DNA of 64,000 nucleotides from an uncultured Bacteroides sp. Its GTDB lineage: Bacteria; Bacteroidota; Bacteroidia; Bacteroidales; Muribaculaceae. The notes below the pieces were generated by a model. The model was not told the origin of the DNA. It made no database searches and worked only from the letters and a program-made list of their open reading frames with translations. A program made the translations under genes and the position numbers. This document shows, piece by piece, positions 56,176 to 64,000 of the stretch. Each line of letters starts with the position of its first letter. The stretch's first letter is position 1. The stretch is taken from positions 12,495-76,494 of the forward strand of contig CAYNHP010000001.1 of the NCBI GenBank assembly GCA_964397235.1. The letters run 5' to 3'.

Positions 56176-57984
56176 ATGACTCTATTCCCGGCTAAAATAC
56201 ACAAACGGCTCCACGACCTGTTTTTTGCCTTCCTTGCCTGGCGCGAGGCTCACATCAGCGAGAAAAACTTCGTGCTGGTGCTGGCGCTTTTTGTAGGAAT
56301 CTTCGGTGGTCTGGCAGCCCTGGTGCTGAAATTCCTGATTCACCTCATCTCCGGGCTGCTTACATCACACGTCAACCTCACCGCCGGCAATTACCTCTAC
56401 TTCCTGTTGCCTTCCGTCGGAGTGGTTCTTACGGCCCTGTACGTGCGCTATCTCGTCCGCGACAACATAAGCCACGGCGTAACCCGCGTGCTGTACGCAA
56501 TTGCCCAGCGCAAAAGCCGCCTCAAGAAGCATAACATCTATACGTCGGTCATCGCATCGTCAGTCACCATCGGCTTCGGTGGATCGGTCGGGGCCGAGGG
56601 CCCTATCGTGTACACCGGTTCCGCAATAGGTTCGAACTTGGGCCATGTGTTCCGCATGTCGCCGCGAATTCTTATGATTTTGGTCGGGTGCGGGGCTGCG
56701 GCCGGTATAGCCGGTATCTTCAAGGCTCCAATCGCCGGCATGCTTTTCACCCTCGAGGTGCTGATGCTTGACCTCACTGCAGTGTCGGTTATGCCGCTGC
56801 TCATTGCATCAATCACCAGTGCCACAATCGCCTATGCGTATACAGGCACAGAGTTTGAATTCTTCTTTGCACAGACCGAGGATTTCAACATCAACCGCAT
56901 TCCGCTGGCAATCGGTCTCGGACTCGTATGCGGATTCGCGTCGCTTTACTTCACACGGGTGATGAACATGATGGAGTCCTTTTTCGGCCGCTTCCGCAAC
57001 CCCTGGCGAAAGACCCTCATCGGGTGCGCCATTCTTTCGTTGCTGGTTTGGCTTTTCCCGCCGCTTTATGGTGAAGGCTACGGTTCGATAGTCGGACTCT
57101 TGGCCGGCGACACGTCGTCGATTGTCAACGGCTCCATTTTCTATTCCGACCGCAATCAGGTGTGGTTCCTGGCCTTGTTTATATTCGCCATCATCCTCTT
57201 CAAAGCCTTCGCCTCATCGGCCACCAATGGAGCCGGCGGCGTGGGTGGTACCTTCGCGCCGTCGCTTTACGTGGGATGTATGGCCGGCTTCCTGTACGCT
57301 TTCGCCCTCAACCACTCGGGACTCATACCGCTGGAAATGTCCACCAAGAACTTCGCGCTTATGGGCATGGCCGGCGTGATGAGCGGCGTTATGCACGCAC
57401 CTTTGATGGCAATCTTCCTCACTGCCGAACTAACCGGAGGCTACGACCTCTTCCTGCCCCTGCTGATTGTAAGCACCATTTCTTACGGTACCATCAAAAT
57501 CTTTGAGCCATATTCTATCTACACCACCCGTCTTGCAAAGCGCGGAGAGCTGCTTACACACCAGAAGGATCAGGCCGTGCTTACACTGCTCAAAATCGAC
57601 AATGTAATAGAGACCGACTTCCTCCCCGTGTACCCCGACATGACGCTCAAGGAAATGGTCGATGTCATTTCCAAATCCAACCGCAACCTCTTCCCGGTAA
57701 TCAACGAGAACCGGGAACTCGTGGGTATTGTCCTTCTGGACGACATCCGAAACATCATGTTCCGGCCTGAACTCTACCGCCGCATGCGCGTCAACACCTT
57801 CATGGTGTTGCCTCCGGCGAAGGTCGAAGTGGGGCAGAGCATGGATTCGGTGATGAAAACCTTCGACGACACCGGTGCCTGGAACTTACCCGTCGTGGAG
57901 GACGGCAAATATGTAGGCTTTGTGTCCAAATCAAAAATCTTCAACAGCTACCGCCGAGTCCTCCGCCACTACTGCGACGACTAA
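56176..57984 (+). CDS. ClC chloride channel/transporter with CBS pair
   Basis: GGSVGAEGP, FKAPIAG, GGTFAPSL; C-terminal CBS domains. Confidence 0.95.
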   Translation: MTLFPAKIHKRLHDLFFAFLAWREAHISEKNFVLVLALFVGIFGGLAALVLKFLIHLISGLLTSHVNLTAGNYLYFLLPSVGVVLTALYVRYLVRDNISHGVTRVLYAIAQRKSRLKKHNIYTSVIASSVTIGFGGSVGAEGPIVYTGSAIGSNLGHVFRMSPRILMILVGCGAAAGIAGIFKAPIAGMLFTLEVLMLDLTAVSVMPLLIASITSATIAYAYTGTEFEFFFAQTEDFNINRIPLAIGLGLVCGFASLYFTRVMNMMESFFGRFRNPWRKTLIGCAILSLLVWLFPPLYGEGYGSIVGLLAGDTSSIVNGSIFYSDRNQVWFLALFIFAIILFKAFASSATNGAGGVGGTFAPSLYVGCMAGFLYAFALNHSGLIPLEMSTKNFALMGMAGVMSGVMHAPLMAIFLTAELTGGYDLFLPLLIVSTISYGTIKIFEPYSIYTTRLAKRGELLTHQKDQAVLTLLKIDNVIETDFLPVYPDMTLKEMVDVISKSNRNLFPVINENRELVGIVLLDDIRNIMFRPELYRRMRVNTFMVLPPAKVEVGQSMDSVMKTFDDTGAWNLPVVEDGKYVGFVSKSKIFNSYRRVLRHYCDD

Positions 57985-57999
57985 CTCAACATAGAAATA

Positions 58000-58043
58000 C
58001 AACTTCACAAATTTGTGAAGTTGGAAAATTTTTGTTATATTTG
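58000..58043 (+). promoter_or_regulatory. higBA promoter with perfect 24-bp palindromic operator
   Basis: CAACTTCACAAA|TTTGTGAAGTTG (58000-58023) overlaps the -33 TTTG; -7 element TATATTTG at 58036-58043. Confidence 0.8.
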
Positions 58044-58057
58044 CATTGTATTAAAGC

Positions 58058-58374
58058 ATGATTGTCCAATTTGGCGTTGACTACCTCCGCGACCTGTTTC
58101 AAAAAGGTTACTGTAACGACAAGAAGCATCGATATCGTGCTGATGTGATAAAACGTTATCAGAGCGGCATAAACTCCTCATTTCAGCCTCAAGAGTAGAA
58201 GATTTATTCAGAATTAACTCTTTGAATTTTGAAGCGTTACATGGAAATAAGGAAGGCCTCTTTTCAATAAGAGTTAATAATCAATATAGAATTGAGTTTT
58301 CTTTAAAAGACACCGAGGAAGAACCAATTTTGACAATTTGTACTATTGTAGAACTCTCTAATCACTATAAGTAA
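58058..58374 (+). pseudogene. higB: HigB/RelE-family toxin, frameshifted
   Basis: MIVQFGVDYLRDLFQKGYCNDKKHRYRADVIKRYQSGIN, then one base missing near 58175; continues LISASRVEDLFRINSLNFEALHGNKEGLFSIRVNNQYRIEF...ELSNHYK*. Confidence 0.88.
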
Positions 58375-58375
58375 T

Positions 58376-58717
58376 ATGATTACCATCCCCGGGGTTGATC
58401 CCGACATGATAGCCAACAACATTATTCCTTCGAACCCGTCACACCCGGGCGAATTAATTAAAGACGAACTCGAGTGTAGAAAACTCACGCAGGCACGTTT
58501 GGCTGAGAGCATTGGAGTTAAACCCTCAATAATCAATGAGATTATCAAAGGGAAGAGAGGAATAAATGTCGAAATTGCCCTCCTGCTTGAAGCTGCATTA
58601 GATATTCCGGCAAATTTTTTGCTAAATCTTCAGACCCTCTATAACATGCAGTCAATCAAGGCAAATCCAACCTTCATGGAGCGCTTGTCAGCAGTGCGCA
58701 AAATCGCTATGCTATAA
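58376..58717 (+). CDS. higA: HigA-family antitoxin (Xre HTH)
   Basis: HPGELIKDEL, LTQARLAE, INEIIKGKRGI, LLNLQ. Confidence 0.93.
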   Translation: MITIPGVDPDMIANNIIPSNPSHPGELIKDELECRKLTQARLAESIGVKPSIINEIIKGKRGINVEIALLLEAALDIPANFLLNLQTLYNMQSIKANPTFMERLSAVRKIAML

Positions 58718-58730
58718 AGTGCCGGAGTTT

Positions 58731-60947
58731 TTACAGGCGGAGGCGGAGGGTGAGGCCGAACTGGCGGGGACGGCCTTGCTGCATGAAGGCGTGGCCGATG
58801 GATAGGAAGTAAAAGTTGGAGTAACGGGTAGAAGTAATATTGCGGGCCCAAAGGCGCAGGCTCCACTTGGCCGCGCCAAAGTTAACCGATGCGTTCAGGA
58901 GCCCGTAGAAAGGCTGCTTCAGCGTATTGGCTTCATTCCAGTAGATATTTCCGGCTCCGGTGAAATTGATGTTCACACTTGGCGTTATTCCCTTGAAAAC
59001 CAATGGTGAAGCCACATAATTGACTTCGGCGAACACGGTGTTCGACGGAGCATAAGGCACCCGTTTGCCTTTATAATCCGCTCTACCGTCATCGTAGCGG
59101 TGGAAACGGGCATTGGTGTAGCCGTATGCAAGGCGAGTGGTTATATCGGGTGTAGGCTCCCATTCGGCTGTCAGTTCAAACCCGCCGGAGAAAGTACGGC
59201 CTGCGTTGGTCATCACGCGCCCGGTGACGGTGCCCGGAGGAAATACAGTCAGCTGCTGGTTGCGAACATCGATGAAGAACCCTGTAGCCTGGGCATTGAA
59301 GTTGCTCGCGGGCGCCCAACGCACCCCGGCCTCGTAGTTGAAACTCTTCTCCGGTTTGTAGGCTACAATTTCTTCGAGAGAGTACAGCGGAGTGAGGCCC
59401 ATTTCGGCCATGAGGCGCTGCTGAAGCACATCGCTGAACATCTGCGTGTTGTAGCCGCCGGCCTTGTATGCTTTTGAGAACGAAACGTATGGTGTCCAGG
59501 CTCCTGCCTCATAGTTGATGGCGAGCTTTGGTAAAAGCTCCACGAATGTCTGACTTAGCGCTCCCCGGTCGTTGAGGTCTATGTCGGTGTGCGAAAATAG
59601 CTCTTCTTTGCCATCAGGCAATAGGTGCATGGTGCTGAAGCCTGTTTTGCAGTGACTGCGATAGCTGATATCGCTCTTTTCAATGTCCAACCGCAGGCCA
59701 CCTTCGAAGCGCCAGCGCCCCAGGTGGTATGTGCTCTGGTGGTAGAATGCCACGCCGCCGTTGGTGAGGTCGAAATTACTTCCGAGAGTGAAATCGCGAC
59801 CGTCCCATCGGATGGGATAATCAGGATTAATCTGGTTGCGATGATTCTCAATCAACTGGGAAATACCTGTGTCAAAGAAGGTTACGGGGGCATCCATGTC
59901 CGTGTTCTTATAGAAGCCGAACACACCTCCGAGCCAGTTGTATGCTCCGCGCGAGCCACGCACGAAGAGATCCTCCGTCAGTGCCCATTCCCGCCTGTCC
60001 TGAATCAGGGTGAAATAGTCGGCCGGCGTGAAATCCTGGTCGAGGGTCATGCGGTCGTTAAGATGCTGCACTGATGTCACCGACGTCACCAGCACGCGGC
60101 GTCCGGCCCATGCCACAGTGAGCGCGTCGGCAAACGAGCTACGGCGGTATTTGCATGGGTCGTTAAAGGAAATTTCCTCTGTATCAAGGTTTTGGTAAGG
60201 ATATCCACCCTGAACATTTCGGTTGAACACAGCAGTGTTGGTAAGCGAAAAACGCGACTTCGGGCGCCATGCTGTTTTCCAGCGTAAGCTACCGGAATTT
60301 TCGGTGTCTAACCGGTTGTTGTTGAATGCATTGCGGAAAAAGCCGTCGGTGTGATGGAATTGACCCGTCAGCGACATACCGAGCGTTGAGTTGAACGGTG
60401 CATAATAGCCGGCCGAGACCGATGTCGTATTGGCCGACCCATATTCGAGCGACGCACGGAACCCTTTGGTATTCAACGGAGAAAGGGTGCGGATGTTTAT
60501 CTGGCCGGCCATGGTGTTGCGACCGTTAAGCAGTGTTTGTGCACCCCGCAGAACTTCAATATTCTCTATGTCGGTAAGGTCGAAATCGTAGTTGTCCTTA
60601 TTCATATAGGGTATATTGTCCACCGTCAGACCTACCACCGGTTGGTCTATGCGCGCTCCGAGGCCGCGAACGTAGATGGACGATGTCATGCGCGAGCCAT
60701 AGTCCGGCATGTAGAAATTCGGCGCCACAGTGCTGATGCCTTTGGGCGCTTCAATGCCCAAACGCCGCGTCTCGGTCGACGAGATGCGCGTCACTACCAG
60801 TGTCGAGGCTACGCCGTCGGCACTCTGCTTCACGCCCATTACCTCCAGCGGCTTGAGGTTGTGAGCCCGCAAAGAGTCAGCGGCATGGTCGGCTGCTGAC
60901 AGGCTGAGCGCCGTCATTATGGTCAGGGTACAGATAAATCGCTTCAT
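58731..60947 (-). CDS. TonB-dependent receptor
   Basis: Signal peptide; plug motifs IYVRG and IEVLRGAQ; C-terminus GRPRQFGLTLRLRL. Confidence 0.93.
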   Translation of the reverse strand: MKRFICTLTIMTALSLSAADHAADSLRAHNLKPLEVMGVKQSADGVASTLVVTRISSTETRRLGIEAPKGISTVAPNFYMPDYGSRMTSSIYVRGLGARIDQPVVGLTVDNIPYMNKDNYDFDLTDIENIEVLRGAQTLLNGRNTMAGQINIRTLSPLNTKGFRASLEYGSANTTSVSAGYYAPFNSTLGMSLTGQFHHTDGFFRNAFNNNRLDTENSGSLRWKTAWRPKSRFSLTNTAVFNRNVQGGYPYQNLDTEEISFNDPCKYRRSSFADALTVAWAGRRVLVTSVTSVQHLNDRMTLDQDFTPADYFTLIQDRREWALTEDLFVRGSRGAYNWLGGVFGFYKNTDMDAPVTFFDTGISQLIENHRNQINPDYPIRWDGRDFTLGSNFDLTNGGVAFYHQSTYHLGRWRFEGGLRLDIEKSDISYRSHCKTGFSTMHLLPDGKEELFSHTDIDLNDRGALSQTFVELLPKLAINYEAGAWTPYVSFSKAYKAGGYNTQMFSDVLQQRLMAEMGLTPLYSLEEIVAYKPEKSFNYEAGVRWAPASNFNAQATGFFIDVRNQQLTVFPPGTVTGRVMTNAGRTFSGGFELTAEWEPTPDITTRLAYGYTNARFHRYDDGRADYKGKRVPYAPSNTVFAEVNYVASPLVFKGITPSVNINFTGAGNIYWNEANTLKQPFYGLLNASVNFGAAKWSLRLWARNITSTRYSNFYFLSIGHAFMQQGRPRQFGLTLRLRL

Positions 60948-62809
60948 TCTTTCTCGGATAATTCAAGCCAGCGCATCTCTTTTTCGTCGATAATGGGCCC
61001 AAGTTCGCTGTAGCGCCTTGATTTTGATGCATATTCCTCTGCATCAACCTGTTCGCCGGCGGCAAAAAATGCTTCCAGAGAGTCTTTTTCCTCATTGAGC
61101 TTCTCCAACTCCGCCTCAAGCGCCTCAAGTTCCCGTTTTTCCTTGAAAGTGAGTCGTTCAGGGCGCGATGGTTTGGGTTTACGGGTATCCGAGGACGGTT
61201 TTGGTTGTTCGGCTGCGGTCTGTTTCTGGAGGCTGTCGATGAAAGCGCGGTAGTCCGAATAATTTCCGGGGAAATCGCGCACAACTCCGTCGCCTTCCAT
61301 CACGAAGAGATGGTCAACGATGTTGTCAAGGAAATAGCGGTCGTGGCTGATGACGATGACACACCCCTTAAAATCCACCAGATACTCTTCGAGTATGCCT
61401 AACGTGATTATATCCAGGTCGTTGGTGGGCTCGTCGAGAATGAGGAAGTTAGGTTGTTGCATCAACACCGTGGCCAGATGCAGGCGGCATCGCTCTCCGC
61501 CGCTGAGGGTGTGGATATACTTTTGCTGATCCTTGGGGTTGAAAAGGAAGCGCTGCAGGTACTGCATCGGTGCGATGCGCTCGCCCGTGCTTAAGGCAAT
61601 GTCCTCGGCCAGTTCAGTGACGGCATCGACCACGCGCTTGTTCTCGTCGAAACTCAAACCGTCCTGGCGGTAGTAGCCGAAGCGGATAGTTGTCCCGACG
61701 TCCCAGCTCCCGCTGTCGATGGGTTCGAGTCCCTGAAGCATTTTCACAAAAGTCGATTTCCCGACGCCGTTCTCGCCAACTATGCCAACCTTCTCGCCGC
61801 GGGCGAAAGTGTAAGTAAAATCATCAAGAATCACCTTTTCGCCAAAGTGCTTGCTCACCCCGCGGGCCTCGAAAATCTTCGAGCCGATACGCGACGAGCC
61901 TCCTTCAAGGCGCACGTTTTTCTCGTTCAGATTCACTTGGGAGCGAGATTTGAGCTCATAGAAATTGTCTATACGGAACTTTGCCTTACCTGCCCGCGCC
62001 TGTGGCTGGCGGCTCATCCACTCCTGCTCCTTGCGCAGGGTGTTGCGTACCTTGGCCAGCTCTGCAGTCATGGCCTCTATGCGTTCGGCGCGTCTGCGCA
62101 GGTACATGTCGTAGTTTCCGTCGACTATAAAAGCCTCGTTATGGTCAAGCTCGATTATCCGAGTACAAACCCGGTCGAGGAAATAGCGGTCGTGGGTCAC
62201 AAGGAGAAGTGTGGCCCGCGAGCGTTTCAGGTAATTCTCGAGCCACTCGATTGTGGTGATATCCAAGTGGTTGGTCGGCTCATCGAGGATTAAGAACTCC
62301 GGGTCGGACATCACCGTTCGGGCCAGGGCCAAACGTTTCCGCTGTCCACCTGAAAGATGATCAACCGGAGCATTGTGGTCGTGGAGCCCGAGGCGTGTCA
62401 GAAGCTGTTTCAACCGGTCCTGATAGTCCCACGCCGAGGCTTCATCCATCTGGCGGACAGCCTCTTCCTGCTCCTGATGGCTCCCGTGGGCAATAGCCGC
62501 CTCATAGCGTCTCACAATGGCGGCCACAGGGTCGTCGGAGTCCAGGGCGGCATCCATCACTGTCATTCCCGGCTTGAACAGCGGGTCCTGAGGCAGGAAG
62601 CCTACACGCACGCCGTTGCGGAACACAACGTTGCCACTATCGGCGCTTTCCTCCCCGGCGATGATGCGCAGCAGCGTACTTTTACCGGTGCCGTTTCGGG
62701 CAACAATACCGATTTTATCGCCTTCGTCAACGCCGAAGGTGATGTCGCCGAACAGCAACCGGTCGCCGTAGCTCTTGGTCACATTTTCAAGGTTGAGGAA
62801 ATTCGCCAT
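60944..62809 (-). CDS. ABC-F family ATPase (Uup-like)
   Basis: Two ABC domains (NGTGKST, LSGGQ, LDEPTNHLD; NGVGKST, LSGGE), no TM segments, C-terminal coiled coil. Confidence 0.95.
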   Translation of the reverse strand: MANFLNLENVTKSYGDRLLFGDITFGVDEGDKIGIVARNGTGKSTLLRIIAGEESADSGNVVFRNGVRVGFLPQDPLFKPGMTVMDAALDSDDPVAAIVRRYEAAIAHGSHQEQEEAVRQMDEASAWDYQDRLKQLLTRLGLHDHNAPVDHLSGGQRKRLALARTVMSDPEFLILDEPTNHLDITTIEWLENYLKRSRATLLLVTHDRYFLDRVCTRIIELDHNEAFIVDGNYDMYLRRRAERIEAMTAELAKVRNTLRKEQEWMSRQPQARAGKAKFRIDNFYELKSRSQVNLNEKNVRLEGGSSRIGSKIFEARGVSKHFGEKVILDDFTYTFARGEKVGIVGENGVGKSTFVKMLQGLEPIDSGSWDVGTTIRFGYYRQDGLSFDENKRVVDAVTELAEDIALSTGERIAPMQYLQRFLFNPKDQQKYIHTLSGGERCRLHLATVLMQQPNFLILDEPTNDLDIITLGILEEYLVDFKGCVIVISHDRYFLDNIVDHLFVMEGDGVVRDFPGNYSDYRAFIDSLQKQTAAEQPKPSSDTRKPKPSRPERLTFKEKRELEALEAELEKLNEEKDSLEAFFAAGEQVDAEEYASKSRRYSELGPIIDEKEMRWLELSEKE

Positions 62810-62835
62810 GGTGTATTGTGCCGCTACCGTTTAAT

Positions 62836-64000
62836 TTATTGAATCACGATTTCGTCCACGAACAGCCATGCGGCAGCTCCTTCTTTGGCGCCGGGCATCT
62901 GGCGGTTGCCGGTAACGACAACGCGAACCGCCTTTGCTTCAACCGGCTCAAAGGTCAGTGTATGGGTGGCAATCTGTGCGGCTTCGCTTGATGTCGTTTC
63001 AGGATATGTTGCGGTGGCAACAGTGGTGAAGGTCTTGCCATCGGGCGAAACGGCCACGCTCATGCCGGTTGCGTCAACCACCCAGCTGGCAAAGTCTCGG
63101 TTGGTGCGGATGCTCACGCTGCTCACTTTTGTCGGCTCGCCAAGGTCGATGGTCGCATCGAGGTCGGCTCCATAGAAACCGAGCCAACCACCTGCATTGA
63201 AGGCCGCCCCACCGAACTTTCCATCCACAAGTGCCGAAGCGCCCTTGTCGGCATACTTCGGCGCGGGTTCTTCAGCCAGAACAATGGGTTTGAACGTAGC
63301 GTAGTTTATGTTGATACTATCGGCGAAGACCTTGCCCGGACCTTCCGGACGAATTGCAACAGCCTTGATTACGGCCGACTCGCTCAACTCAAGAGGTTGC
63401 TCATAGAGAGTCGCATCCTCTGTGGGCTCGCTTCCGTCGAGAGTATAATAAACGGGTGCATTGTCGATGGTGCCGAGTTCGGCAACTATAACTTTGCGCT
63501 CGGCATCCGGCTCGAGTGAGCCCGAAACTTCGAACATGTGCGTTGCGTAGCGGTAGCCGCGGTTGCGGTACTGGTTCACCAGTTGGGGCATGCGGCGGCC
63601 GAAGTCCTTGTAGTCGCGTTTGTCCTGAGCCGTCCATTGCACTTCTGCCAGTGCAGCCATACGAGGAAGTTCCATGTACTCAACCTGCGGATAGTTATCG
63701 ATGTACTCTGTCCAGAGGTTTGCCTGAACGCCGATGATATGGCGGTTCTCCTCCGGCGTGAGGTCGTCAAACACAGGGTTGAAGCTGTACACCTTCTCGA
63801 CGGGCACATATCCGCCGATTGCGTCGGGCTCGCCCTCGCGGTTGAGGGTCTGATAATAGTCGAAGTAGAAGAAATTGGTGGGTGTCATGATGGCGTCATG
63901 ACCCTGACGGGCTGCCTCTTTAGCTCCGTCGACACCGCGCCACGACATCACGGTCGCGCCCGGCGCCAGGCCTCCCTGCAAGGTTTCGTCCCAGCCTATC
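62836..64000 (-). CDS. GH20 beta-N-acetylhexosaminidase with Fn3-associated and F5/8-type C domains (5' end outside window)
   Basis: GWDE, VMSWRG, YFDYYQ, GVQANLWTEYI, PRMAALAEVQW, YYTLDGSEP, WLFVDEI. Confidence 0.93.
   Translation of the reverse strand, partial: IGWDETLQGGLAPGATVMSWRGVDGAKEAARQGHDAIMTPTNFFYFDYYQTLNREGEPDAIGGYVPVEKVYSFNPVFDDLTPEENRHIIGVQANLWTEYIDNYPQVEYMELPRMAALAEVQWTAQDKRDYKDFGRRMPQLVNQYRNRGYRYATHMFEVSGSLEPDAERKVIVAELGTIDNAPVYYTLDGSEPTEDATLYEQPLELSESAVIKAVAIRPEGPGKVFADSININYATFKPIVLAEEPAPKYADKGASALVDGKFGGAAFNAGGWLGFYGADLDATIDLGEPTKVSSVSIRTNRDFASWVVDATGMSVAVSPDGKTFTTVATATYPETTSSEAAQIATHTLTFEPVEAKAVRVVVTGNRQMPGAKEGAAAWLFVDEIVIQ

Noticed and set aside
58165-58200. Programmed frameshift in higB
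   Set aside because: No canonical slippery heptamer or downstream stimulator is evident; a simple deletion or sequencing error is more parsimonious.

Overview
GC-rich Bacteroidales chromosome segment. Gene content, T9SS-type C-termini and TAnnTTTG promoters suggest Muribaculaceae. It is mostly housekeeping: fmt, rplY-pth-hslR, DEAD helicase, htpG, rpoZ-bamD, etfBA plus acyl-CoA dehydrogenase, purL, purM, dnaB, rimM, rpe, ftsK-lolA-trxB, ybaK, aroC, gluQ, pncA, tsaB/tsaC, ClC, TonB receptor, ABC-F and a GH20. No rRNA, tRNA, CRISPR, integrase or transposase was recognised. The accessory content is the interesting part. (1) An AT-rich four-helix-bundle gene (43401-43781) is bracketed by ~34-bp imperfect inverted arms of 8-bp-period GTTTA/TAAAC units and outer GC-AA-GC/GC-TT-GC hairpins; apparently gene-less relatives of this architecture occur elsewhere (21042-21120, 19155-19224, 39743-39768, 37021-37244), suggesting a transposase-less mobile element family. 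(2) An AT-rich, overlapping three-gene cassette (53453-54714) ends in a broken Cys/His papain-like gene and is a candidate uncharacterised toxin/defence module. (3) A higBA locus has a frameshifted toxin and a perfect 24-bp operator. (4) A solitary phage-replication-like gene lies behind a duplicated ~55-bp REP-like element. (5) There is a GTAG/GGAG REP cluster. (6) Two large T9SS cargo proteins share an unnamed domain. All family assignments are from motif recognition, not database searches.
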